DNA of 64,000 nucleotides from an uncultured Nitrososphaeraceae archaeon (lineage in GTDB: Archaea > Thermoproteota > Nitrososphaeria > Nitrososphaerales > Nitrososphaeraceae): positions 96,001-160,000 of the forward strand of contig CAWIMJ010000057.1 of NCBI GenBank assembly GCA_963837175.1. The letters are read 5' to 3'. The notes under the pieces were generated by a model. It saw nothing but the letters and a program-made list of their open reading frames with translations. It made no database searches and was not told where the DNA came from. Of this stretch, positions 22,550-33,971 are shown piece after piece. The position numbers and the translations under genes were made by a program. The stretch's first letter is position 1. Each line of letters opens with the position of its first letter.

Positions 22550-23064
22550 TGATGGAATTTAAACTAGCGGATCTAATTGAAGTGTTAGATTGTGAAATTG
22601 TCCAGACTCTCGGGAATGGATCTATTATAATTAGAATCGGGAAAGAAGAACACAACCTAAGGTTGCTAAAATTAGAAACTAACGAATTTGAATTTATTTT
22701 AGATCATACTTTTCATCATGCCAAGATAATTCAGTCGAACAGTATTGAAACAAAAATTTTAATTGACGGTCAACCCTTGACAGTTAAAAAACACTTGAAA
22801 CTAACTCAAGTCCTTGGAAAATCATTAGCAATGGTGGAGTCGGGGGGTGGTGCAAACAATCTTACAAGCCAGATACCTGGCAGAGTAGTTAGTGTAATCG
22901 CAGAAACTGGGATGCCAATAAAGAAAGGTGATTCAGTCGTAGTCTTAGAATCTATGAAGATGCAGGTTGCAGTAAAAGCACACAAGGATGGCAATTTAAA
23001 GGAAATAAAAGTAAAGCAGGGAGCCGCAGTGGCAAGGAATGACATTATAGCATTAATAGAATAG
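22549..23064 (+). CDS. accB: Biotin carboxyl carrier protein
   Basis: ESMKM biotinylation motif; operon context. Confidence 0.94.
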   Translation: MMEFKLADLIEVLDCEIVQTLGNGSIIIRIGKEEHNLRLLKLETNEFEFILDHTFHHAKIIQSNSIETKILIDGQPLTVKKHLKLTQVLGKSLAMVESGGGANNLTSQIPGRVVSVIAETGMPIKKGDSVVVLESMKMQVAVKAHKDGNLKEIKVKQGAAVARNDIIALIE

Positions 23065-23220
23065 TCCGCGACTATAATTTCTTACTCGGTATAATAATTT
23101 TATATCTAATTCACTTAGGAGAATAAATCAAATGACATTTCTAATAATGCTAATTGGAATGTATTTATCATATCATTAGATTTATTATAAAATTATATCA
23201 GATGATAATATCTTGGCATT

Positions 23221-23712
23221 TTATTTTTTCTTTAACTCATCCTTAATTTCGTCGTAATTAGGTTCAATTAATGGATTGTCTGAAATCCATCTATACTGAA
23301 CTGTTCCGTTTTCATCAATTATGAATACAGAGCGTTTTGCTGCATTATAATCCTTTAATGTGGCAAGATCTCTCATTACTATTCCATATTTTTGTATAGT
23401 TTCTCTTTTGTAGTCACTTAATAGAGGAAAGTTCAGATGACGATTCTCAGTAAAAATTTTGTTGGCAAACGGACCATCAACGGAAACTCCTATTACTTGA
23501 GCGCCATAATCGTTTAATTCATCCAATGAATCTCTAAAGACACACATTTCAGCGGTACATACGGGAGACTCTGCAGCGGGGAAAAATGCTAAGACTACTT
23601 TCCTCTTTTGGAAGTCTGTTAATTTGTACATTTTCATATTTATGTCAGGCAATTCAAAATCCGGTGCTTTGTTACCTATATTTGGAATATATGTTGTTGA
23701 TGTATTAGACAT
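23221..23712 (-). CDS. Peroxiredoxin (BCP/PrxQ-like)
   Basis: APDFEL, FFPAAESPVCTAEMC, GVSVD, FPLLSD. Confidence 0.9.
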   Translation of the reverse strand: MSNTSTTYIPNIGNKAPDFELPDINMKMYKLTDFQKRKVVLAFFPAAESPVCTAEMCVFRDSLDELNDYGAQVIGVSVDGPFANKIFTENRHLNFPLLSDYKRETIQKYGIVMRDLATLKDYNAAKRSVFIIDENGTVQYRWISDNPLIEPNYDEIKDELKKK

Positions 23713-23755
23713 ACATAAAGTTAGAAAGTGCGAATAATAATGCTTTCGGTCTTTA

Positions 23756-24952
23756 TCAATGATACCTGGACCTGAAAGGTGAAAGCATTCTTAATTCTTC
23801 TACTATCCCTGACAAAATTGAAACCGTTTGATCGATCTCGCTTTTTGTATTTTGAATTCCCAAGGTAAAGCGTAATGAACCTTTTATTTCTTCATAACTA
23901 AAGCCCATTGCTTTGAGTACGTGTGATGATTTTTGTCTTTTTACTGAGCAGGCAGAGCCTGTGGAAGCAGCAATTCCCTTTTCATCCAGCTTTAATATCA
24001 AATCTTCACCGTTTACTCCAAAAAATGTAAAGTGCGCGTTATTGGGATTTCTGTTGTGGTGTACACCATTCAGTCGTGAATAAGGTATCTGATCTATGAC
24101 TTTTTCTATCAGATAATTTCGCAGTGTTGTAAGCTTATTTTGACATTCGATACTTCGTTGAGATGCTATTTCGCATGCCTTTCCAAATCCAACTATTCCG
24201 TGTACATTCTCAGTGCCTGATCTCATTAAAAATTCTTGTCCACCGCCATGAACTAAAGAGTCTATCATATTACCTTCACGAATATATAAAGCACCAACTC
24301 CTTTTGGACCATTAATTTTATGCGAAGATAATGAAAGAAGATCTATTCCCAGGCTTTTAACGTTGATCGGGACCTTGCCAAGAGCTTGAACAGCGTCTGT
24401 ATGAAAAATCGTTTTTCCTCCCTTGTCATGAGTAATTTTAACTAGATCACTAATTGGCTGAATCGTTCCAACTTCATTATTTGCAAACATTATACTCACT
24501 AGTGCAGTTTTCTTTTGAGATATGGCATTCTCTAGTACGGAAGGTTCTAATGATGCGTCATTTCTTACTGGAAGATATGTCACGTCAAACCCTTTTTTTT
24601 CCAGATCTCTACACGGTTCTAGAACAGCTTCATGTTCTATCGCGCTAGTAACGATGTGATTTTTCTCCGGATCCTGTTTCCGGGCATACAGAGCAGCGCC
24701 TTTGATTGCTGTGTTGTCAGATTCAGTTCCTCCAGAAGTAAATATTATTTCGCGATGATTAGCACCAATTAATGATGCTACTCGTTTCCTTGCATTCATT
24801 ATAGCATGAGATGTTACCATTCCAAATGTATGCAAAGAGGATGGATTGCCATAGTATTTTGTAAGATAAGGAATCATTTCCTGAATTACTTCATCTAAAA
24901 CAGGAGTCGACGCTGCATTATCCAAATAAATGCTTATGGAAAAGCTTATCAC
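23756..24952 (-). CDS. iscS: Cysteine desulfurase (class I, IscS/NifS type)
   Basis: YLDNAAST, YGNPSSLH, FTSGGTE, SSHKINGPKG, STGSACS. Confidence 0.95.
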   Translation of the reverse strand: MISFSISIYLDNAASTPVLDEVIQEMIPYLTKYYGNPSSLHTFGMVTSHAIMNARKRVASLIGANHREIIFTSGGTESDNTAIKGAALYARKQDPEKNHIVTSAIEHEAVLEPCRDLEKKGFDVTYLPVRNDASLEPSVLENAISQKKTALVSIMFANNEVGTIQPISDLVKITHDKGGKTIFHTDAVQALGKVPINVKSLGIDLLSLSSHKINGPKGVGALYIREGNMIDSLVHGGGQEFLMRSGTENVHGIVGFGKACEIASQRSIECQNKLTTLRNYLIEKVIDQIPYSRLNGVHHNRNPNNAHFTFFGVNGEDLILKLDEKGIAASTGSACSVKRQKSSHVLKAMGFSYEEIKGSLRFTLGIQNTKSEIDQTVSILSGIVEELRMLSPFRSRYH

Positions 24953-24979
24953 TCCTTAACTAATATCTTTCTTCTATAC

Positions 24980-25795
24980 TCATTCTACAACAATGAGGTT
25001 TCCGCTGCGATACCCGCTTATGTCTATTGATACGAATCTAAACCCTATCTCCTTAAGTTTAGTGTCTAGTATCATTAATTTATCAATATCAAATAGTTTA
25101 GTAAGCTCATTCCTTTCAACTTCGATTCTAGCGATCTCTCCATGATCTCTTACTCTGACTTGTCGCACGTTGAATATGTTCTTTACTATAATTTCAGATT
25201 TTTCGATTTTCCTTAGTTTTTCAAAGGTAACCTCTATACCTCTGGGTATCCTCGAAGCCAAACAAGCATTGGATGGTTTATCATATAACGAAAGTCCAGA
25301 GAGCCTAGCAATTGATCTTATTTCATCTTTGTTTATACCTAATTCTACCAAAGGGCTCCTTATACCGTTTTCTCTAAGTGCTTTGATGCCAGGTCTATAA
25401 TCGATCAGATCGTCAATATTTGTTCCATCAACAATTATTTTTATTCCATATCTCTTGGCTGCTACTATTAAGTGCTGTGCTAGCTCGGTTCTGCAATGAT
25501 AACACCGCTTTTCATCGTTCTTAACGAATTCAGAGTTTTTTAATTCATCATATTCAATTATTTTATGGTTGATAAATATCTCTGCTGCTATTTTGTTAGC
25601 AGCAGAAATCTCTTCTTTAGATAGTGTTTTATAATTTGCAGTAATCGCCATAGCATTGCTTCCAAGGGCTTCCTTGGCAGCTAAAGCGACTACTGCACTG
25701 TCTACTCCACCTGATAAAGCAACAACGACTTTGTCAGCATTCGTTAGAAACCAATTTACCAAGTTAATATGATTTTCTGTTGATTTGCTTGACAC
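24980..25795 (-). CDS. larE: ATP-dependent sulfur transferase LarE
   Basis: PP-loop SGGVDS, RCYHCR, DYRPG, KPSNACLASR, QVRVRDH. Confidence 0.93.
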   Translation of the reverse strand: MSSKSTENHINLVNWFLTNADKVVVALSGGVDSAVVALAAKEALGSNAMAITANYKTLSKEEISAANKIAAEIFINHKIIEYDELKNSEFVKNDEKRCYHCRTELAQHLIVAAKRYGIKIIVDGTNIDDLIDYRPGIKALRENGIRSPLVELGINKDEIRSIARLSGLSLYDKPSNACLASRIPRGIEVTFEKLRKIEKSEIIVKNIFNVRQVRVRDHGEIARIEVERNELTKLFDIDKLMILDTKLKEIGFRFVSIDISGYRSGNLIVVE

Positions 25796-25797
25796 CC

Positions 25798-27045
25798 CTA
25801 ACTCCGTCCAATGCTATGTAATAATTCTGCGTTTGTTAGATCTGAGGCTTGTTTAACTGATATTCCTATCCTTGAAGCAATATCTACAAGATCCTGAAAT
25901 TCAGGTTTCACAGTAATGGTCTTACCATTAGAATCTTTTGTAATCTTGACTTGAATGTTAAAGATATTATCATGAATTTTAACAGGAACTGTAATGCTAC
26001 TTCGTGGAAGAATAACTCGCTGTATCTCTTGAATTCTCACACCAATTGTACCTGTTTCTCTAAATAGTATTTCCAAGATAGTATTTACTTGTGTCCGATC
26101 AGATATAACTTTAATGAGATGAGTCGGTCTGTTTTTCTTAGAAATACCCTGTAATACAGTGACATCTTTAGCGCCAGCTTTTGTTAGTTGTTCTATCATA
26201 TTTCCAATTATTTCGCCAGAAATATCATCTATATTAGTCTCGATCATGAAAATGGTATCTTTAGTTGCATCACAGCTTATATGAGAAGTGCCTATAACCA
26301 ATTTCAACGTATTGGGCATATGGGAGAATTTCTTCAATCCAGCACCGTAACCTAATATTTCAGGACTGAAGCTTGGATAATAATTGATACTCTCAGTCGT
26401 TAAATTAACAAGCATAGCCGCGCCAGTAGGAGTAGTTAGCTCTTCGTCTACCTGACCTCCTAATAGCGTAAATGATTTTCTCTTAAATATTTCGAGTATG
26501 GCATTAGTTGGATTAGAAATTATTCCATGTGAAAATTTTGAAACTCCACCACCAACGGCTACCTTGGTTGAAAATATTTGAAATTCAAAAAGTTTGAGAT
26601 CTTGCAATGCGGTAGCACAGCCGATAAGATCAGCAAAGGTATCTATGTTTGAAGATTCATGTAAATGGACACTGTTAATATCTTCGCCATGGATAAGAGC
26701 CTCTGCTGATATTAGTGTTTTAAATGATTCCAGAGCAAATGTCTTGGCTCTTTGTTCTAATTTTAAAAAATCACAACACAATGCAAGGGAACGAAACATT
26801 TTCATTCCGTTACGTTCAGAGACGCTATCTCTAAAGTGAAAACGAAATTGTGTGGCATTGAAACCATGAGATTTTGTTTTAATAAATGTTGCATTTGTAA
26901 TTTTGCTTCCCTCTAAGAAATTCTGAGAGGCAATAATTGCTCTAATAACTTTCTTTCTATCTGCTCCAGCATCGATCAAGCTTGATAACAACATATCACC
27001 AGATATACCAGCAGTCTGGCAATCAATTATAGCAATTTTTGCCAT
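25798..27045 (-). CDS. larC: Nickel-pincer cofactor nickel insertase LarC
   Basis: GISGDMLL, VHLHE, ELTTPTGAA, ETNIDD, ETGTIGVR, KPEF. Confidence 0.94.
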   Translation of the reverse strand: MAKIAIIDCQTAGISGDMLLSSLIDAGADRKKVIRAIIASQNFLEGSKITNATFIKTKSHGFNATQFRFHFRDSVSERNGMKMFRSLALCCDFLKLEQRAKTFALESFKTLISAEALIHGEDINSVHLHESSNIDTFADLIGCATALQDLKLFEFQIFSTKVAVGGGVSKFSHGIISNPTNAILEIFKRKSFTLLGGQVDEELTTPTGAAMLVNLTTESINYYPSFSPEILGYGAGLKKFSHMPNTLKLVIGTSHISCDATKDTIFMIETNIDDISGEIIGNMIEQLTKAGAKDVTVLQGISKKNRPTHLIKVISDRTQVNTILEILFRETGTIGVRIQEIQRVILPRSSITVPVKIHDNIFNIQVKITKDSNGKTITVKPEFQDLVDIASRIGISVKQASDLTNAELLHSIGRS

Positions 27046-27929
27046 ATGGTAAAATGCTGTATTTGAAAATATATAATTTGTCTGAAAAGGTAAACAGCTT
27101 TCTTTTGGTGTTAAATTAAATTTGTTTCATTCTGAATCACATTCACTTTTTATAGAATAGAAAGCCTGATTTTACATTTATTAAAATGAGACTTAATCAA
27201 TAAAATTAATTAAAAGGAGCAAATACTAGTCGTAGGCTTAGACAAAGTTTAGTCTTGTTAGGTTTGGGTAATGATATTTTGATCTGAATTGTCGATTAAT
27301 TATCTTTAGTTTATAAGATTAATATTTAAAATGACAGATATCAACTATAGTTGGATAGCTATTATAAGGTTTATATAATATATTTATATATTACTCTACG
27401 AACGTAAAGGATGTATGTGTATCAAGGGTGATCTAATGGCTGTCATCGAAGGTCGGGATAAAGCAAAATATATAAGGCCGGGACCTTCAACTCGAAGAAT
27501 TCTTGATGAAAGTCTTTTACATAATTATTCTATAAAGCCTTATGTAAAGTACCTCCAGTTTAAACATAAGATGAGAAAAAAGAGATTGCTCAAGGAGCCA
27601 CTTCCTATTACATCAGTAAATGTAATAGTGTTTAGATGTTGTACGGACTAATTTGCAATTTCTCGTATTTATTAAATTTATCGTTCTACTGGGGCCAATT
27701 ACTCTAGAAGATAATTCAGACGGAGTATCAACTCGTGTTCGTTGTCTGTATATCTGGTAGAATATTATCTCCATTATGTGATGAGTAGTTTTGGCAAAGT
27801 TGACATGCTGAATAGTACGTTTTGACATTATGACTTGTTTAACGTATCTGACAATTATCCGACGTAGTGCGAAATCCATTTTCTTCCACAACCCTTCTTC
27901 TATCTAATAATCCCATTATCGTGCCATAG

Positions 27930-28320
27930 TTTTTTTGACATACAGAATTGTTCATTTTGTTGATTTTTTTGTCGAGTGAAGCTGAGCCTTTAGTTTCAGA
28001 AACATATATGTTTGTGAAAAGTGATTATGCCTCTGGCCGTTGAAGGAGTGTTTTCCTTTGTTTTTTTACCTATTCACGTTAAATTTTTACAAAAACAAAT
28101 TTTTTTCTAATGAAGAATGAACACGGTATTGTTTTAATCCACCGTTCTATTCAATGCAAATCCAAAGTGCTATTTTGTCGCTCTTTTTAACATCTATCTA
28201 TGTGAATTTAGAATCTTTTCTCTCTGTATTATAATATCTTTTCCTTTCTGAATTCTTGCTTCCATTTCGATATAGAAATATGGCTTCTTTTTACAACTCG
28301 AGATAATGATCTTGCGGTAT
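27930..28320 (-). pseudogene. Very degraded IS6-family transposase relic (boundaries approximate)
   Basis: Fragments VKRSHISI, LWICIE, GKHS, FLKLKAQLHS, TILYVK in the expected order. Confidence 0.5.
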
Positions 28321-28477
28321 AATTCTGTCTGTCATTATAAATTGCTTTGATCTTTTTTATTTTTAAACGAAATTCTCTAATATTGGAACCACTGTTAACG
28401 GTATCTGTATAAAAGATTAATATTATTCTGGGAAGATGTTTTTACACTTATAAAGATCTAATATTTGTCATCTTTAA

Positions 28478-29395
28478 ATGACTATCACTATTATAGGCTC
28501 AGGAAAGGTTGGTGCGTCGGCTGCTTTAAATTGCGGTTTGAGAGAATTGGACAATGATTTATTACTATTAGATATTGTTCATGGACTCCCCCAAGGAGAG
28601 GCCATGGATATCAACCATACCCTATCAGAAAGGGGTTTGGATTGTTTAGCAAGAGGATCAAACAACTATGAAGAAATGAGAAATTCTGAATTCATTGTAT
28701 TAGTTGCTGGAGTTGGAAGAAAGCCCGGAATGACTAGAATGGACTTGCTGAAAACTAATGCAGGTATAGTTAAGGAAATTTGTTCAAAAATTGCCAATTA
28801 TTCCAGCGATACCACATTAATTGTTGTTACAAATCCACTGGATCCAATGACTTACCTCGCATTAAAAAATACAGGAATAAACAAAAACAAGGTTATGGGA
28901 ATGGGAGGAATGTTAGATCTGTCAAGGTTCAAAAGTTTTATTCGAGATGCCACAAAGACATCAAGAGCTTCAATTCAAGCAATGGTAATAAGCGAACACG
29001 GTGAGAATATGTTGCCTTTGACACGCTTTGCATCCATAGGCGGCATTCCACTAAATGAGTTCGTTCCGAATGAAATGTTAACTGAAATTTTTGAAAATAC
29101 AAAGAAAGTCGCTGCAGAAGTCATTAGCCTTAAAGGTGCTACTGTATATGCACCAGGAAACGCTGTTGCAACGATGATTGAAGCCGTAGTTAAAAACAAA
29201 AGGTCTGTTATTCCTGTGTCAACGCTTTTAGAGGGTGAGTATGGCTGCGAGGATGTATGCATAGGGGTACCAACTATAGTTGGTACAGAAGGAATACAAA
29301 AAATAATTGAACTTAAATTGAATAGCTATGAACAGGATATCTTTGATAAAGGCATTAGTAATGTTAAGCAAGCTATTAAGGCTCTTGAGTTGTAA
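28478..29395 (+). CDS. mdh: LDH-like malate dehydrogenase
   Basis: GSGKVG, RKPGMTRMDL, VTNPLD, LDLSRF, EHGE. Confidence 0.95.
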   Translation: MTITIIGSGKVGASAALNCGLRELDNDLLLLDIVHGLPQGEAMDINHTLSERGLDCLARGSNNYEEMRNSEFIVLVAGVGRKPGMTRMDLLKTNAGIVKEICSKIANYSSDTTLIVVTNPLDPMTYLALKNTGINKNKVMGMGGMLDLSRFKSFIRDATKTSRASIQAMVISEHGENMLPLTRFASIGGIPLNEFVPNEMLTEIFENTKKVAAEVISLKGATVYAPGNAVATMIEAVVKNKRSVIPVSTLLEGEYGCEDVCIGVPTIVGTEGIQKIIELKLNSYEQDIFDKGISNVKQAIKALEL

Positions 29396-29638
29396 ACTTT
29401 TTATCTGTATGTTTTGGGATTATTCCTAAGAATGGAGTTAGAGAAGGAGGAATACTTGCTAATGTATAGACTTTACGTCTATAAATTGCCATTTAGTGCA
29501 TGACATAGTCTCTACGATCCTTTTACTTTCCTCCTAAACTTAACAATACTTGTCTCCTTCTCAACTGCAAATTCCCATTCCAGTTTTTTCCATCTTTAAT
29601 TTTGAGTTGTCTTACTATTAATGCTGATATTGGTATGG

Positions 29639-30630
29639 GGCTTTGTAGAAAACATGCTTTTGGATTCCGTCAAAGCTTTCTAGAATCATAATAGACTATG
29701 GATATTGAAGGAATCTAAGTATGTCAGACTAGCAAATACAATATGTATCGTGTTTTAAGGAATTCAAGAATACCACTGTTTCTTCATCGAAAGAGCAACC
29801 ATGTATTTAGCATATGGGCAGCATATAGTCTTGCTTGCTTACTATACGACATTATGAAGGTAAGAGTTATAGGATGTTTGTACAATGGTTGATAGAAGCA
29901 TATTATCTTAGAATATTTCTTTAATTATCCCATATTCCACATTATACTACTCTTCAGAAGTTTGCTGCAAGAATAAATGGTACATTATTGGAGAAGATAA
30001 TTTCCTCATTCATATTTTACTACTTACAAATATCAGAAAAATATTTACTGGAATAGATTCATCTGGATTTAAAGCAATCCATGCTTCTCAGTACTATGCA
30101 GAGAGAACAAAACTAAGGAGAAGAAAATACATCAAATTATCGTTAGGAGCAGATGTACTGAAACAGATAATTTGTATCATTAAAATCAGACGTGCACCAA
30201 AACGACACGATAATATAGATTTCCAACCACTTATAATAAAGATAGCCAAAACCCTGCCATTATCTGTTGTTACAGCCAATAAAGGATATGATAGTGAAGT
30301 GAAGATAATCATATGTATTAGTCAGGGAAATGCTCCATACGTTCAGTGTTACACCACCCACCCAGATACCAACGGGTATCAATATGGAGAACACACGGTA
30401 AATATAGGATAGGAAAACAAATGAAGCGCGGCTATTGTAAGGTGCTTTATAATCAGAGAAACAAAAACGAAACCATAATATCAGTCATAAAACGATTGTT
30501 TGGAGAACACATTACATCAAGACTAGTGAGAACACAAAACAGGGAATTATCATTCAGATGCATAGCCTACAATACCCACAGATTAACTAACTAACTAACC
30601 TTACTCTAATCACATGGTTTCTACAGAGCC
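29639..30630 (+). mobile_element. IS5-family (ISH1-group-like) insertion sequence, 992 bp, transposase pseudogenised
   Basis: 18-bp TIRs GGCTTTGTAGAAAACATG / GGCTCTGTAGAAACCATG (2 mismatches); perfect 8-bp TSD TGGTATGG at 29631-29638 and 30631-30638; DDE fragments GIDSSGF, ANKGYDSE, YNQRNKNETIISVIKRLFG. Confidence 0.9.
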
Positions 30631-31214
30631 TGGTATGGTTTTATTTGTAAAGACAGAATTTATACTGACCTTTGGTTGCGATGGCGGTTGTCAAAGCACA
30701 AGCTGAGCAGCAAATAGAACACTACAGCCATAGTCGTCCTCAATAATATCTTGTTAATATTGGAGTGCAAATTTAAAGAAGTCCATCAGGAGGCGGACGA
30801 TAAACTGTTATGCATGTGTGTTGGTGATAATACCCAAAATTTACTCTGGGCAATATGATGTCCCATGAAATATTCTTTTTATGATTCTGTTCATAATTTC
30901 ATAGATGCGCGATTGTTTTATAATCAGATCACAATCTCTACATCCTTTATCTCAAATCGATTATCATAATATTCATCTAATTGGCATATCTATTTAGACT
31001 AGAGTTGGTCAGACCAAGTTAAACCCACATTCAAATGTTTGTCAAAGCTCAGGTTATTGTTGAAGACGTAACGCTAGTACTAATAATTCAATCCGTCACT
31101 ATGCCTAATCCTACAAACAATAGTTTCTTTGGTATAGACATTGTTTGATTAGATTCTTAATTTGTTGCTTATGGGTAAACACTCTTTCTAATTATGCGAC
31201 TACAACATTAAGAT

Positions 31215-31869
31215 CTATCTTATATCTCCTCCATCTGTTGTATTTTCTACAGACATACCTGCTGCAGTCGCTGCACTTTTTAATTCCTGAACCACACTTT
31301 CTAATGCCATCATAGCATCTTCATCATCTTTTACTGCAGTCATAGCTGTTTGTAAGTTGTCCAACATTGTCATCATAGAGCTTTGAGGAATCAGTACTGT
31401 AGCAGTTCTAGTAACTGCTGCACTTTTTAATTCCTGAACCACACTTTCTAATGCCATCATAGCATCTTCATCATCTTTTACTGCAGTCATAGCTGTTTGT
31501 AAGTTGTCCAACATTGTCATCATAGAGCTTTGAGGAATCACTACCGTAGCACTTTGATTAGCTCGCTTCACCTACTACCCTAAAACCTGATGGAGGACGG
31601 ATAGTTGCTGATGATAGAGGAGGAGTAGTTTCTGGTGTTGGTGGTGCTGGAGTAGTTGATGATAGAGGAGGAGACCTTCCTGGTGTTGGTGGTGCTGGAG
31701 TAGTTGATGGTGCTGCACTAGTTCCTGGTGTTGGTGGTGGTGGTGATTGGCGTCGTAGCACTTGACCTTGGACTCCAATTTGTAATGTTGGAATAAGAGA
31801 TATTCCGGTTATTAATACAATGGACAATACAATAACTCCTAGTTTTAAAGAGAATTTTTTAAGCTTCAT
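31215..31869 (-). CDS. Secreted protein: Pro/Thr-rich stalk plus a tandemly duplicated Met-rich 49-aa helical module; +1 insertion at about 31564
   Basis: Signal peptide MKLKKFSLKLGVIVLSIVL; two overlapping track ORFs; 655 nt minus 1 = 218 codons; 147-bp repeat period. Confidence 0.7.
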
Positions 31870-32578
31870 AATACTATAATACCTCGAATGGAATATAAGC
31901 TCATCTGACATCTGAAAGTGGCGAAAGAATGATGTTTTTGTACTAGAAAATATAAATAGCTATTTTAGACTTTATCGAATTTGGAGATGTTGGTAAATAG
32001 GACTAAATATTGGAAGACTAGCAAGGGAAGGTACAACGCGATTATCTCGAAAATACAAAATAGACTCAAATAAAGTCCAATGATATTTGAATAAATTATA
32101 ATTACAGCAATGGTTGAAGATTAAAGATTAAAGACTAAAGTCCCTATCCAGTGATAGGTAAATGAAACTCATAGAAAGTGAAGGGAGTGAAAGTAGTGAC
32201 GATTAATATAGATAATGATACCTCGTATAAAAATAATAAGCAAATTATGATATTGCAAGCAGTAGTGTAATAGCTAAGTGAGTCTTGAACGATGACGAAA
32301 ATACCAACAAGCAGTCAGAATTTAAGACCAATTTTACAATAGAAAATAGTATTGAAACACACACTACGTTCTCTACTGTCTTCGTTCTCTTTCACATCAT
32401 CAGATTTTGAACTAAACTAGGTACTACAATGCCTAGGAAATACGAGCACATGAATAGCAGAAATTGTAAGTTGAGTGAGAGACGGACAGGATAAATGACT
32501 TATGCCAGACCATTCCTACAACGATGGAGGTATCTAAAAAGTAAAATTCAATTTATTGGCAAAGTTAAATAATAAATA

Positions 32579-32908
32579 ATGAATTTCAATATTCCTATGT
32601 ATTATAAGTTGTTATCTTCAGGACTTCTAATAGTTGTATCTATCTTAATGATTATTATAGAACAACCATCGCTAGCACAACAAGAGTTGAATACTGCTAT
32701 TACCAATTCTAATGCTACTACTAATGCTACCAGCACCCCCAAGATCAACAAGACTGAACTTGATGAATGGTTTAACTCTTTACCTGATGGCACATATGGT
32801 ACAATAGTAGACTCACATAATTTTAACTCTAGTAATTATGCAGGAGAAGACTACAGTAATTCAGTTGATGTGAATAGCTCTCTTAGTTTCGCGTGTCCCA
32901 AAGTTTAG
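32579..32908 (+). CDS. Small secreted hypothetical protein (possibly truncated)
   Basis: Signal peptide ending SLAQQ; N-x-T/S-rich stretch. Confidence 0.6.
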   Translation: MNFNIPMYYKLLSSGLLIVVSILMIIIEQPSLAQQELNTAITNSNATTNATSTPKINKTELDEWFNSLPDGTYGTIVDSHNFNSSNYAGEDYSNSVDVNSSLSFACPKV

Positions 32909-33439
32909 TTCATCAAGCATATTCGTCTGGATTAACGTACCAACTGCCGATTATTATCTTGATTGATTTAGGTGAAATCTCTTTTAATTTTAAATGTATT
33001 TCTGCATCTCGTTCTCGTTAACTATCTTCTTAGGTGTGAACGGCTAGTCTTCTTCTTGTCGTCGTCAATTATACTTCCTCAACAATATACCTCTATTCTC
33101 AATCATGATTGATCCTCATGATGTTGATGTTTCTTCCTCTTCTTTCTTTCTTTCTTACTATCAGTCACATTCCATTAATACAGTGTTATCAAGCCTATGA
33201 TTAGCTATGAGAATTGTACCAACATCGACTAAATTCTCTACGTACTCTGTCTGTGGAATGTGATTTGATTATTGTTATTACAATATTACTTGCTTAATCT
33301 GTAGTTAAACTCAAATCGTTCAGACTAAAATTATATCCACATCGAAAATACAGATAATCGTTGCTCTAATCATTCATATTCTTCTATCAACCTAAACTGG
33401 CATATTTCTTACATCCATTCTCATTAAAATATACTATAT

Positions 33440-33790
33440 ATGACCTGCTGCAGCTAGAGTGGGCGGACGATTCTTTATAGGTGTTCTAATTGGTTATACT
33501 TTAAAGAATCTAATTAAAATAGTGTTTATAATAGTAGGATTATTCTTCGCCGCTGTAGCGTACTTACACTATCATCAGATAGCCACTTTAAACTGGAATA
33601 AGCTTCAAACAGTATCTGAAGATGCTATAATAGCACTTTCAAAAGAAATATTATATTGGTTCCAGGTATTAGCATTAGTGATAGTAGTGGTATGTCCATG
33701 ACGCTGCAACAGCTTCCTCATTTGGAATGACCGGTTTAGGTGTCCCCTTAACTGGCAGTATGTCAGCAGCAGAAGCTACTAGTGGATTTA
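33440..33790 (+). pseudogene. FUN14-family membrane protein, disrupted
   Basis: GGRFFIGVLIGYTLK..IKI..IIVGLFFA..AYL, LNWNKL; the C-terminal GLGVPLTGSMS lies past the stop. Confidence 0.7.
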
Positions 33791-33971
33791 AGAATGATTT
33801 ACAAGAGAATAGGACAACTAAAAAAATTTTGTTATAGGCATTTAATATTCTCTAAATCTTAGACGGTTATATTTTCATACAGTATAATCAATGGTTAACA
33901 AGTTATGAAATCAAGTAGTACACCTGAAAATTAATGCGATATTGATCCTTTGATTAACACCTTAGTTCCTA

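Noticed and set aside
27415-27891. Two short overlapping track ORFs upstream of larC
   Set aside because: No recognisable motifs, opposite strands overlap, and they lie next to a decayed IS
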